Virus record (IMG/VR): IMGVR_UViG_3300008516_000159
DNA: 64,000 nucleotides
Strand: one strand, 5' to 3'
Source: a virus
The first letter of the stretch is position 1. The number at the start of each line of letters is the position of its first letter. This document shows, in pieces, positions 32,350 through 42,825 of this stretch. The position numbers were made by a program, and so were the translations under genes. A model generated the notes under the pieces. It was not told where the DNA came from. It did not search any database and worked only from the letters and a program-made list of their open reading frames with translations.

Positions 32350-33570
32350 TTATCCTAAGAATTTTATTGTTTTACCGCCTAATCTTTCTGGATTTAAGAA
32401 GCGCTCAAACTGTAACTTGTGTACAATAGGATCAACATCTGTTATGTTCAGGGCATAGGCTATAAGAGATCCTGCTGCGCTTCCCCTGCCAGGTCCTACA
32501 TAAATATTTTCAGACTTGGCCCAGCCAACTATATCTGCCACTACTAAGAAATAAGAAGAAAATCCTGCGCTATAGATGATCTTGAGTTCATAAGCCAATC
32601 TCATCATGTAGGTGTCATTTCGCAAGCATCTCCTATCCAGACCCTCTACGCACTTTTTGCGGAGTATCTCATCAAGGTCGGCGCCCTCGAACTCTGGAAT
32701 AGGAGGCACGATATAATCATGCTGCTTAATATCAAACACCTCTATTTTATCGGCTATCTTTACGGTCGTATCACACCACCCCTCAATGTCCTTTTTATCG
32801 TAGCCGGTGTTTATGCCTTCTCTGATGATTTCTTCTCTTGAGTGCAAATATATATTGTCTTCGTCGAATTGAAGCCCTTTGTCGTCGCCTACTTTACCGC
32901 CAGTATTGACCAACAGCAGTTTGGCGTGATCGTCTTTCTGATCTGCCGTTATATAGTGGGCATCAGCGGTGATAATGGCTGGAACCTTCAACATTTTCCA
33001 GAACTTGTATAGTTTTATTTCTATGGCTTTTAATCTCTCGGTCTGATGTGGTTGAAACTCTATATAAAAGTCATCGCCAAATACATCAAGATACCAATCT
33101 AGGTTCCTCTTGGCCGCTTTTATATCATTGTTTATCAACATGCTTGTTACATCGTTGGCAAGACAGGCGGTTGTGGCTATTATATTTTTACTGTACGCCT
33201 TCAAGGTCTCTCTATCTATACGCGGTCTTTTATAAAAACCATAACGATGACCAATATATTGCATCTGCATTATGTTACGATAACCTTCGATGTTTTTCGC
33301 CAACAGTACAACATGAAAACGTTTTTCTCCCTTTGGTTTGACTTTCAGATCATCAACCATATAGGCCTCAACACCTATCAACGGTTTGATCTTGTATTTC
33401 TCGGCAAGGTGCCAGAACTCATAAACTCCTGACATTGTTCCATGATCGGTTATAGCTAAGGCAGGCTGCCTTAGTTCTTCTGCTACATACTTAAGGCGTG
33501 CTTTTTTCGTCCCTAGCCCATCGAGTGCACTAGAATCGGTGTGTACGTGAAGATTTACGAAGTTATCCAT
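32350..33570 (-). CDS. dnaE: DNA polymerase III alpha, N-terminal part (PHP domain plus palm start)
   Basis: HVHT, ITDHG, GVEAY, DAHY, GPGRGSAAGSL, FERFLNPER, then ends before PDIDID. Confidence 0.95.
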   Translation of the reverse strand: MDNFVNLHVHTDSSALDGLGTKKARLKYVAEELRQPALAITDHGTMSGVYEFWHLAEKYKIKPLIGVEAYMVDDLKVKPKGEKRFHVVLLAKNIEGYRNIMQMQYIGHRYGFYKRPRIDRETLKAYSKNIIATTACLANDVTSMLINNDIKAAKRNLDWYLDVFGDDFYIEFQPHQTERLKAIEIKLYKFWKMLKVPAIITADAHYITADQKDDHAKLLLVNTGGKVGDDKGLQFDEDNIYLHSREEIIREGINTGYDKKDIEGWCDTTVKIADKIEVFDIKQHDYIVPPIPEFEGADLDEILRKKCVEGLDRRCLRNDTYMMRLAYELKIIYSAGFSSYFLVVADIVGWAKSENIYVGPGRGSAAGSLIAYALNITDVDPIVHKLQFERFLNPERLGGKTIKFLG

Positions 33571-33579
33571 TTAGTATAT

Positions 33580-33987
33580 CTATGTCTTGAGTAAGCTTTT
33601 GACACGACATCTTTCGCACATATTGCGCAACCAGCTATGCTTATAATTTTGTACTGCTACTTTTTTAGTCGAACCGCAAATCTCACACGTTTTTGCGCAT
33701 TGTTTTTGAGCCTCGCTGATCAACTCGATTACCTTTACGTACACATCACCGCACTCATGCACATAAACTCTGAGCTCGGCAAACTTTTCTTTTACCTGCA
33801 CAATCTCAAAATCTTTCGGAGGACGAAGGCTATCTATTTTAAGAATTAGGTCCAAAATAATATCAAACCAGCCGTCGCCGCAAGCAAAACCCTCTCTGTG
33901 ACCCATGCGGCTAACCGATTGATCTTCTTTGTGTTCGAAAAAATGTGGAAACCGATCGAATATTTTTTTCTCTAATTTGTCAGTCAC
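33580..33987 (-). CDS. phage hypothetical protein with C-terminal CxxC-CxxC
   Basis: GDGWFDII, QVKEKFAELRVY, TCEICG...CERC. Confidence 0.7.
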   Translation of the reverse strand: MTDKLEKKIFDRFPHFFEHKEDQSVSRMGHREGFACGDGWFDIILDLILKIDSLRPPKDFEIVQVKEKFAELRVYVHECGDVYVKVIELISEAQKQCAKTCEICGSTKKVAVQNYKHSWLRNMCERCRVKSLLKT

Positions 33988-34089
33988 TTTATCTGACCCC
34001 TGGATTTTATTAAGATAAGAATACCAGACCTAACAGTCCCGGTCATAATTATATATGGCCCAAGCGCACATCAAAACAGGAGGAGTTTA

Positions 34090-34707
34090 ATGAGAAGAAT
34101 ACTGTTTTCACTTTTAGCTTTGTTGTTTTTATTCGGTCTCGGTTCCGGATTGTTCGCTCAGAAAGATGCCTATAGATGGTACGTCCGAACTATTGAGCTT
34201 AAAGTTACATTCTGGGAAGATGACGAGCAAAAGACGGAATATCGTGAAGAATATCTCTTATATTTTGGCAACGAAAAGACGTTAGAAGTAGAAGCTCAAC
34301 TCGCAAGATCTAGAATGGGTTTTGGAGCCATGGTGTTCCATCCTATACCAGAAGTGACAGAAAGCATGAGCTTCCAGGCCCCCGAAAGATGGTACGTGCA
34401 ACCATACGACCATAGTAAGCATGATTCTCCTAAATTATATCCATTGTTTGAGGATCGCGTATGGAACAACATGCCGCAGAACATCAAGCTCATCATAATG
34501 GCCCTGGATTACAAAGATGACGATCTTATTCTTATTCATATGAGAGGCAACACTGGCAGCATTAGTATTTGTTACCACCCTAAGTTTGACGAAGACAAGG
34601 AGTTTTATGGGGCAAAATTGGAGCAGCTTTTGGATTATCTAAACAACCTGGAAGATCCTGAGAAAGAAATACCTAATCCAATTTTACCAATTAAGAACAC
34701 AATATAA
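34090..34707 (+). CDS. exported protein
   Basis: Signal peptide MRRILFSLLALLFLFGLGSGLFA; AGGAG SD. Confidence 0.65.
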   Translation: MRRILFSLLALLFLFGLGSGLFAQKDAYRWYVRTIELKVTFWEDDEQKTEYREEYLLYFGNEKTLEVEAQLARSRMGFGAMVFHPIPEVTESMSFQAPERWYVQPYDHSKHDSPKLYPLFEDRVWNNMPQNIKLIIMALDYKDDDLILIHMRGNTGSISICYHPKFDEDKEFYGAKLEQLLDYLNNLEDPEKEIPNPILPIKNTI

Positions 34708-34720
34708 AGATAATTTTGTT

Positions 34721-35344
34721 ATGACTAGAGAAGAGTTTCTGTCCATCGAACATCCATCTATAGAAGAGTACCGCTATTCAGACGTTGTGGTGTACTTTTT
34801 GTGGAATAAACCAAGCAAAAGTAGTATCACCTTGAAAGGCTCAGTATGGATCTACACGGATGGCAACAAAAGCATTGCACTAAAGAACGAAGTATTAAAG
34901 GAGCTTAAAGATCTTGAAGCCGCGGCTTTTTCTATAAGAAAAAAGAATTTAATATTGTTAAACCCCGGTAAAAAATATGTTATAGGTCGACTTTTCGGTG
35001 AAAAGGTGCGACAGGAATAAAATATGAAATCAGCTGACACCATAAGCGATGTCGCAGTCCCGTTTCTTGTTAAAAGCAAAAGCGGTCAAGGCTCTACAAA
35101 AAGCTGGGAATACATATACGTAACAGAGGTCTACGATCGATTAGCCAAGAAAGAAAGTAAAGTCGGGGCTGTTGTGAGACTAATGCGGTTCGGTAGTAAC
35201 GTTGGCGTATTAATAGAAAAGGGTAAAGAAGCTCAATACATGTGGTCACATATATTTTCACCGAGGGCGCAACAGGTTGAGATGAAACGAGGTAAAAAAG
35301 ATCTACTTGTTGACCTTTTCACTTTTCCTGACAGAATGATTTAA
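34721..35344 (+). CDS. two small proteins with the shared C-terminal helix (34721-35020, 35024-35344)
   Basis: End in KKYVIGRLFG and KKDLLVDLFT. Confidence 0.6.
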
Positions 35345-35773
35345 ATTTTTTCTTAACTCCTTCTTCATGCCCAACTGGATTTCCTTGTTGGTCTCGTGTT
35401 CAATTACTTCATAATTATGATCAAAAAACTTGATGTTTTTTACCCAATCATTACGGCTGTCATCTGAGCTTATCATTTTTGCTATATCGGAGCGCTTCTT
35501 TTCCTTGCGCATGTTGTCCATTACATCGCGACGAATGACTTGATAGAAATAAGAAAACGCATACTTGTTTTTGGTGGGATCATACTTGTCCAGCTTTTTC
35601 CAGGAAAGTATAACAGCGCTCTGAATATAGTCATCGCGCTTGGAGTAGGCGATGTCAAAGTGGTGAGTTATCTGGCTGCCCATTTCATAAAAGTTGCTGA
35701 GCAGTTGCTGCATCTTCTCCGGATCCCTTCGGTCATTATAAAGCTTTTCCATTTCCTTCTTGTCAATGTTCAT
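35303..35773 (-). CDS. T4 gp55-like / region-2-only RNA polymerase sigma factor
   Basis: DDYIQSAVILSWKKLDKYDPTKNKYAFSYFYQVIRR...MRKEKK. Confidence 0.75.
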   Translation of the reverse strand: MNIDKKEMEKLYNDRRDPEKMQQLLSNFYEMGSQITHHFDIAYSKRDDYIQSAVILSWKKLDKYDPTKNKYAFSYFYQVIRRDVMDNMRKEKKRSDIAKMISSDDSRNDWVKNIKFFDHNYEVIEHETNKEIQLGMKKELRKNLNHSVRKSEKVNK

Positions 35774-36410
35774 GTTTTCTCCTAGTCTTTTAATAAAAAC
35801 TTAGCTTTTTCTTTCTTAGTTGTAGCCACTTCCCAAAATTTCGCCTCGCACATGTAACTTAGCTGTATTGGAACCGCTCGTGTTCTAGAGCCACTGCCAT
35901 CAGTTGCCTCTAGAATCATCGAGTCCTTGCCTTTTTCCAAGACCTTGTACAGACCTGAGTGCGTTCGAATCAGGTCGCCTTCTTTCATGTTTTTGTACGG
36001 CGACAATTTTCTCATTATGCGATTTGCCGCCTTTTGGGCCTTTGAAGGATTCAACTATTATATCCGCCTTGTCTTTAAAATATGCTTCGAAAGGTCGCCA
36101 AGTGTCTAGGCTCTCTTTTCTTTTTTTCTTTTTCGACAAAAACTATACCCTCCCTAACAATAGCATCTTGGCCGCCATTGCTTTTCCTTTTTTGCATTCT
36201 ACAATAATAACTTCGCGCCTCTCAACCGCCGCGGCGAGCCACTCGACCCCACAAGAGGTAGTGTAACCAGAAGGAAGGCCCTTAGTTTTTACAAGATCTA
36301 TTATTTTTATCGACTCGCCGTCGTTATACCGGTAATCTCCCTCACGGAACCCTGTTACCACATAGTAATCTTTTTGCTCTTTTAAATAAAAAACATCGTA
36401 CCTTTCGGGT

Positions 36411-37484
36411 TCATACATGCTTCAATCTCTCTTTCAATACATTATAACTCGGACCGCTACTCATTGTAAAGCCTTTTTTTTCAGCGGAATCCAGTATTCT
36501 TCCGCGTAGCATTTCTGTTTTGTGATCTGTTTTGACTTTATGATGTTCTACTTCTTTTAATCCTGCCTCATTGGCGTCTTTATATCTGCTGTCCAGCTCG
36601 TAATAACCGACTTCTATTTCAGGCGCGATCTCTTTCATTATTTTGATGTTTTTGATTAAAGTACTGCGGCCAGCCTCATCATTGTCAGGAACAAAAATTA
36701 TTTTTTTAGGATTCTTCTCGGCTATTTTCTTTGCCTGAGGTTTTGATATGGTATTGCCCAATATCGCCACACCGTTTTTAACGGTCATCGCGTCAAATGG
36801 CCCTTCGACTACCACCACCGTACCACCTTCCAGAATACTATCGTAGTTATATACTATCTGGCTTTTCTGTATGCCCTTTGGATTCAAGTATTTCCGATAT
36901 TTGCGTTTTCTTTTATGAACCTTGAAAAACAAATCTTCACCCAACAGGTCGCGGGCCTGGAAGAACACAAGCTCGTGATTCATGTAAAATGGAATGTATA
37001 ACCTGGCCTTGTAATAGTTACTAGGAAAGTACTTCAACCCGAACCTCTTGACTGTTTGTGGTGATATGTTTTTATTGAACAAGAATTTTATGGCCAGCTT
37101 TCCTAACTCGGTTTTATTCGTAATGGTCATCAACCCAGGCGGCTCATTCATCTTTGCCAGTTTTATGACTTTGATTGGTGTTTTATATGGCTTGATTATA
37201 TCCTTGAATGACAGATAACTAAGGTATGTTTTAACTATGTATTCTTGGGCTTGTTTTGTTGACATGTCCAGCAAGTCGCTTACAAAGCCCAAAAAGGTAT
37301 TTGAGTAGCCGGTGTTGAAATCATGTACCACATTCATTGGCACATTTATTGACATTCTAAATCTCGTGTCTGGCTCAAACGGCCCATTGAAACATATTTC
37401 CGTGCCTCTGGGCCCTTCTTTTACTTTGTATTTCTCGAACTGATCATACGCAAATGCTTCCATTACGTTTTGAGGAAAGGTCAA
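36411..37484 (-). CDS. DNA primase (TOPRIM)
   Basis: RLYIPF, FFQAR, KYLNP, VVEGPFDAM, PDND.AG, KDANE. Confidence 0.9.
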   Translation of the reverse strand: MTFPQNVMEAFAYDQFEKYKVKEGPRGTEICFNGPFEPDTRFRMSINVPMNVVHDFNTGYSNTFLGFVSDLLDMSTKQAQEYIVKTYLSYLSFKDIIKPYKTPIKVIKLAKMNEPPGLMTITNKTELGKLAIKFLFNKNISPQTVKRFGLKYFPSNYYKARLYIPFYMNHELVFFQARDLLGEDLFFKVHKRKRKYRKYLNPKGIQKSQIVYNYDSILEGGTVVVVEGPFDAMTVKNGVAILGNTISKPQAKKIAEKNPKKIIFVPDNDEAGRSTLIKNIKIMKEIAPEIEVGYYELDSRYKDANEAGLKEVEHHKVKTDHKTEMLRGRILDSAEKKGFTMSSGPSYNVLKERLKHV

Positions 37485-37487
37485 ACT

Positions 37488-38414
37488 TTACTCCACTTCT
37501 GTGCGTCGCAGGGCCAAATAGTTTGGTTTAATTAACTCAGTAGGGCCGTACCTGGACAGCTTTTCTTGTAGCCATTCTTTTTCAACATCCAGCTTGTTGT
37601 TCAGCTTAAACACAAGATGTTCAAAATCTATTTCCATTATGACTGGCAACATGGCCGCCCAGTGTTTTATGAATTTATCGCCGCGGTAGATATAACTTTC
37701 TGCTTTGTTCCTGATTTCTTCTGAAAGATGTAGTCGGTTTTCTATGAAGTGTCCCGTGTTATAATTCTCACATATATCATAAATAGGGTGATAATCATAA
37801 AACAGGTTCCTGGTGGGGATTTCATAATATATTATTCCCGCAGTACTAATGGTCTTTATAAAACTTAATACATCTAAATCGAGCACAGTTACTTCGGCAC
37901 CGCTTCTTATCTTGTTCTTCAAATCCGCAATAATAAACAAAAACTCATCTTTTGTTAGATTTTCTTTTTCACCGACGTATCCCTCGGTCGATGTATTAAA
38001 CCTGCCGTAAATGGATTGATGTAACATAATCTCAATCATAGCTGAAATAAGAAACGATTTTATATATTCATTATGAATCTTTGTGCTAATGAGTTTATAC
38101 ATCCTATCGAAGAAATTGCAGTCATCATCAGTCCAATAGATATTATAATGCTCGCGAATGTAGTGATCGCTTTTTTTGGTTTCGCTTATCTGCTTCCACA
38201 GAAAGTTGGCATCTTTGAGGGTGTATTTACTATTCGCCACCAAACCTTTAATTTGGTGGTATACAGATTGAGAAATAGCATTGGCGAACAGGCGTATGTC
38301 GCGACCCTTGATGTCTATGATGTTTTGATACTTTGTAGCCAGCAAATCGACAATAATGCGATTGCGTGGTTTTATGCTGCTTAATAGATAATCCATGTTA
38401 TACTGTCCAATCAA
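37488..38414 (-). CDS. catalytically degenerate N6-adenine DNA methyltransferase homolog (M.NlaIII / D12-class-like)
   Basis: Collinear similarity to the family: DLLATK for DLFAG, ANAI for AND, YWTDDD, FLISAMIE, SIYGRF, IYYEIPT for LYLDPPY, DFEHLVF.LNN. Confidence 0.7.
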   Translation of the reverse strand: MIGQYNMDYLLSSIKPRNRIIVDLLATKYQNIIDIKGRDIRLFANAISQSVYHQIKGLVANSKYTLKDANFLWKQISETKKSDHYIREHYNIYWTDDDCNFFDRMYKLISTKIHNEYIKSFLISAMIEIMLHQSIYGRFNTSTEGYVGEKENLTKDEFLFIIADLKNKIRSGAEVTVLDLDVLSFIKTISTAGIIYYEIPTRNLFYDYHPIYDICENYNTGHFIENRLHLSEEIRNKAESYIYRGDKFIKHWAAMLPVIMEIDFEHLVFKLNNKLDVEKEWLQEKLSRYGPTELIKPNYLALRRTEVE

Positions 38415-38773
38415 AACAGATCGTCGCGGCGTTTTTTAATTCGTATTTTATGTAGCGTTCGTGATGCTTGCAACGACGACAGGCCGGAGCCCGATCGCAA
38501 GAAACAATATTTCTTTCATCATCAGTAGGCAGGCACCACATCCAAGTATTGCACGGCTTGTTCATACTTTCTACTATGCGATGAGCGCAATTATCACATG
38601 TGTCGATTAAAAGCGATTTGGCTATTTCGGCTTTAGTCATATAGGTTGTCCGATTCTACCTCCGAAGAGTGTGGCAATGTCGAGAGTCGAGCTCGACCTG
38701 GTCTTGTTTAAGGATCAGCTCCAAGACTGCCTACCTAATATAATTATAACACAGTCCGGAGAAAACGTAAAGC

Positions 38774-39475
38774 CTAAAGTATTATTAGCAATAATAAAAA
38801 GACTCCGCCGACAACGCCAAGACCTAATAATCCAGGTCTCTTTAACTCTTCATCCCACGCTTCCTTTGTTTCCTCAGAAATATCCTTTGGTTCCGTGGGC
38901 GCAAAATCATAGACGGTTACCATTTGTCCTCTACGAACTACAATAGGAGCAAATTTACCTTGTGTGCTGGATACCTCAACCTCGCCCTTGAACACCAGTA
39001 TGTCTGTCTCATCAACCTTGGAATTCACACCATAAACCGTGCCCCTGACACCAGCAAGCACTGTGTTCGTCATTATACAAAAGCCACTGTCCTTATTTAG
39101 TAGCCTTCCTATTTTAGCTTTTACTTGGCCTCTAATTAAAGAAAATATGGCATTTTGTTTTCTTTCCCTGAGGGATAGTTCGAGACTATCCAACTTGAAA
39201 TAGGTGTCGGATGCCAGTTTGATTGTACTGCCATCGGGCATTGTTATGTCACACAAGCTATTATAACCAGTTTTGACAATAGAATTAACTGGCAAATCCA
39301 TGTTGATTCTGGCGGCCTTGATTTTTACAGAGTTCCCGCCATTGTCTCGGAACTCCACATCGACCTCGCCAGACATGTAGGACACATATGGTACCTCTTT
39401 TTCATAATACGCGCCGTAGCCGACACACGTTATGGCAAACATTAGTACTGCCAAAATAATCAAAAGCTTTTTCAT
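38774..39475 (-). CDS. FecR-domain exported protein with C-terminal TM
   Basis: Signal peptide; VKTG..S...I...DGS.IKL.SDT; TVLAGVRGT; V.KGEVEV; hydrophobic C-terminus. Confidence 0.8.
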   Translation of the reverse strand: MKKLLIILAVLMFAITCVGYGAYYEKEVPYVSYMSGEVDVEFRDNGGNSVKIKAARINMDLPVNSIVKTGYNSLCDITMPDGSTIKLASDTYFKLDSLELSLRERKQNAIFSLIRGQVKAKIGRLLNKDSGFCIMTNTVLAGVRGTVYGVNSKVDETDILVFKGEVEVSSTQGKFAPIVVRRGQMVTVYDFAPTEPKDISEETKEAWDEELKRPGLLGLGVVGGVFLLLLIIL

Positions 39476-40139
39476 TTTTTCTTCCTGAACTAAACTTTAG
39501 AAAATCACAATGCTCTTGCGTGAAGCTCTACAAACTCCGCCTGCATCGTGCCAACCTCTTTCTTGAGTTCAGCCACCTCCTCTTTTAATTTCTTGTTTTC
39601 GTCTTCAAGCAAATTTAATCGCCTGTAGATCTCGTCGTGTACTCCACCAGTTGGGGCCATTTTTATATCCTCACCATTTTCCAATTTTTGACATTACTCT
39701 TCAGAAGATGTAACTGTCCAAATCTGCGCAACTGAGAAGTCGCCCTTTCGTCTTTGGCTATGTTTACATCTATTAACCCGTCTTCCCTGGGGTGAAACGT
39801 AAAGAAATGAACAGATCCGCAGTCGCAGCAAGCAAATTTTATATTTTGTGTCAAAGGATCTATTGTATGTGTGTCATCATCGGTAGCTTCTTTATATTTT
39901 CCCATTTTTTATCTCCTCCCGGTATTTGGATGTCCCGGTGCTATTTTTCTGTGTTCGGCTTGTTTTATTATATCGCGGCCGTTCTTCCCCGCGGGTCGTT
40001 TTACAGGTCCATTTTGACTTTTATTCACCCTTTCTTGTTGTTTTGCTCTTCTATATTTTCCAAAGAATTCGATTCTGTTGGCCACAACTAAGCCTCCTAA
40101 AATAAGTTTCTATATTTTCATTTCATGATTACATATTGT

Positions 40140-40747
40140 TTAGTACGCGTTTTTATGACGCCAATTTTGCAGCATACCGGCGCCTGAGCCCTGATACTCT
40201 TTAGACGCATACAGATAAAACACCACGATGTCCCCTATTTCTGTTTCGTAATAAAGAGACAGATCACGAAATTGCCAGTATTGTCCGTTTTCATACTTGA
40301 CTATGACACTCTGGTCGCGCTTGTCTATAATCTCCCCTGTGATTTCATAAGTTTGAAACTTACCATACAAGCTACAACCCATGAGCAAGAACACTATCAG
40401 ACCCATGATGCAACACAACTTGATCATTTTATTTACCATATTTGTTCCTCCGGATTTCTCCCATATGCATAATCCTTTATTTTTCCATTCCGTTTAAAAC
40501 GAATGCTCAAACAGCTATAATCCTCCAATTTAAGATACGTATGAAGATCTAGATTCAGCACCACTTGATCGCCGTCATGAGTTAAGAGAACTATTTTTCC
40601 CCAAAACTCACCCCTCGGGGCATCAATCAGTATCCAGTCTCTCGCGATGATCGTTCCCTGAACTCCTGTCACATATGGTGCTTGATCACACCCAATTGCG
40701 CCGAGAAAAAGGAGAAGTAAACTACCTATTAACAATACTCGCTTCAT
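40140..40747 (-). CDS. two tandem putative lipoproteins (40433-40747, 40140-40439)
   Basis: Lipobox-like GAIG|C and LLMG|C after hydrophobic leaders. Confidence 0.6.
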
Positions 40748-41186
40748 GTTTATTCCTCCGGCTTCACTTTTTTCTTCTTCTTTAGTTCATTTGGTATATA
40801 TATGTTCTTGAGTGCCTGTTGTATGGCCTCTTGTGGGATATGTACTTGTATTTTATCATCTGTTTTACGTACTGGTTTTTTAGTCATCTTTCCCCCAAGA
40901 TAACTACATGACAGAAGCCGAACTTTACAATCTAAAATTACCGGCAGCTTTACATATCCAAGACACGCTTGGAAACCGCGCGCATATCATCAACGTCACG
41001 GCGCGCCGCGTGAGACGCGTGTTTTTCGATGTTCAAACAGTCAGACTTTACAACAGCAACAAAAGATATATTATATTTCACAGTCGAGGCGAATCTTCAG
41101 GAATCGCGGTTCTTGACGGAGAAATTCTGACAGGAACATCGAAGCTATCACATCAGAAAGCCAAGAGGAGCATGATCCTCATGGCC

Positions 41187-42473
41187 TTAGGACGATAACA
41201 ACTGCGTTAATCTGAATGTCCCGTAATCAATATCAAACTCAATCCTCATTGATGATTCGCCGTTTCTATTTTTGGCAACATATAATGTCATTTTGTTCTG
41301 TCCCTTTTGGTCCTGGCTCTGGCTTATCGTCGCAAAAAAATCAAGTATCTGTAATTTAATAATCGAATCTGCGATAAGCGCTCCTGAAATAATCTCCTTG
41401 GTACCGCCTTCTTTATCCATGGACTCTCTGTTGGTTTGTGAAGCTGTAATAATCGGAACTTCCATCTCGACAGCAAGGCCCCTGAGATTTTCATATATGT
41501 TGCCTAACTCCTCATACTTAGAAGAATAAGCATGAGTTGGTTTCATAATGTCTGCATAATCTACGATTATCATATCTGGCGTGAAGCCTTCGTAAACTTT
41601 TAATTTCTCCAAGTGAGCTTTTATAGAATTAACATTGCCACCTCTGGTTGGAAACTCTTTAATGTACAACCTAGCCTGTGTTCTGGCCTGTATCTCATTC
41701 ATTTTCTTTTTGAGTTCAGGTACCTCGTTTTTCAATTGAAGTGATGGTATACGGCTCATACAGGCATCATAACGCATACCGAGCCTTTCTTCGGATATTT
41801 CAAACGTATAGACCGCCACGTTGTAGTTTTTCAATAAAGCATTAGCGCCAACATTAACCAAGAATATAGATTTGCCTATCCCAGGTGGGGCTCCGAAACA
41901 GAATAAGCTTTTCTTTTCGAAACCACCGCCAAGGACCTTATCTATAAACGTCCAGCCGGACGGAACTTTTTCCAGGTGTAATTGATTGATACGTTCGTAT
42001 CGCTCTTCTATTTTCCATATGTCGATGCCAAGATCTATATCAATATTGAATAGTAGTGCGTCTTTGACTAAATCGTTTATTTCATCGAAGCTGTCATTCT
42101 GAAGCAAATCGACGGACTTGTACAAGGCATCCCGCATGCGAGCCTTTTTAGTAAAGCTCTTGACTTCGTCTAGTAGGTATTGTTTGTCTTTCCCGGAAAG
42201 TTCCTGATCATATATTACATCTGCGGCCCTCTTGACTGTATCCTTGTCTAGGTTGACATTCTTGAGTCTGTCAAATAAGATATTTTCGCTTGGAAGTTTA
42301 TTATACTTCTCAAATAATAACTTGAATGTAACAAAGATAGACTTGGTGACGCGATTATCAAAATAATGCGGCTCCAGGCTGTTCAGCATAAGTAGCCAAA
42401 AACTTCTATCGCGTAAGCTGTAGTTGAGTATTTCGAGCTCTAGTTGGTAGCCAAATTGGGGGGATTCTTTCAA
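41187..42473 (-). CDS. replicative DNA helicase (T4 gp41 / DnaB family)
   Basis: APPGIGKS, TFEISE, IKEFPT, IIVDYADIM, TASQTNR, KNRNG. Confidence 0.95.
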   Translation of the reverse strand: MKESPQFGYQLELEILNYSLRDRSFWLLMLNSLEPHYFDNRVTKSIFVTFKLLFEKYNKLPSENILFDRLKNVNLDKDTVKRAADVIYDQELSGKDKQYLLDEVKSFTKKARMRDALYKSVDLLQNDSFDEINDLVKDALLFNIDIDLGIDIWKIEERYERINQLHLEKVPSGWTFIDKVLGGGFEKKSLFCFGAPPGIGKSIFLVNVGANALLKNYNVAVYTFEISEERLGMRYDACMSRIPSLQLKNEVPELKKKMNEIQARTQARLYIKEFPTRGGNVNSIKAHLEKLKVYEGFTPDMIIVDYADIMKPTHAYSSKYEELGNIYENLRGLAVEMEVPIITASQTNRESMDKEGGTKEIISGALIADSIIKLQILDFFATISQSQDQKGQNKMTLYVAKNRNGESSMRIEFDIDYGTFRLTQLLSS

Positions 42474-42500
42474 GGACGTTCCTTGTGTGATTCTTTCATT

Positions 42501-42508
42501 TATATATG
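42501..42508 (-). promoter_or_regulatory. CATATATA putative promoter upstream of the helicase
   Basis: Recurrent motif, 28 nt before the TTG start. Confidence 0.55.
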
Positions 42509-42825
42509 CTTTATCTATGCTTCCAAAGATAACAGAGAAGAGACGTCTATAATGTAGACAAACACCAAAGATAATAAAAAAGAAGGGAGAAAAACATGGA
42601 TCTTACAAATTTGCTCCAAAAACTTCACGACAAGATAGACAAAGAAGCAGCTGACAAAACCAAAGATCGTGGCATATCCGTTTTTGCCGCAGGCGACCCA
42701 GATAAGAGACCGAAGGAGTCTTTTGCCGAACTAGGCAAGGTTGTTACAAAGCCTCAGTCGGGAGAGGTATCCACAGGAAAGTAAATGAAACCGATGGTAG
42801 TGTCGGTTTAAAAAAGGATAAAAAA

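Noticed and set aside
27200-32450. Split intein or intron joining the two dnaE halves
   Set aside because: There is no Cys/Ser-initiated IntN block after the N-part and no His-Asn/Cys IntC junction before PDIDID. The gap holds ordinary genes.
35900-36418. Amber-readthrough fusion of 36143-36418 with the in-frame ORF 35900-36139
   Set aside because: The downstream ORF has its own GGAGG SD 9 nt before its TTG, and the upstream protein ends in the usual AKMLLL terminal motif.
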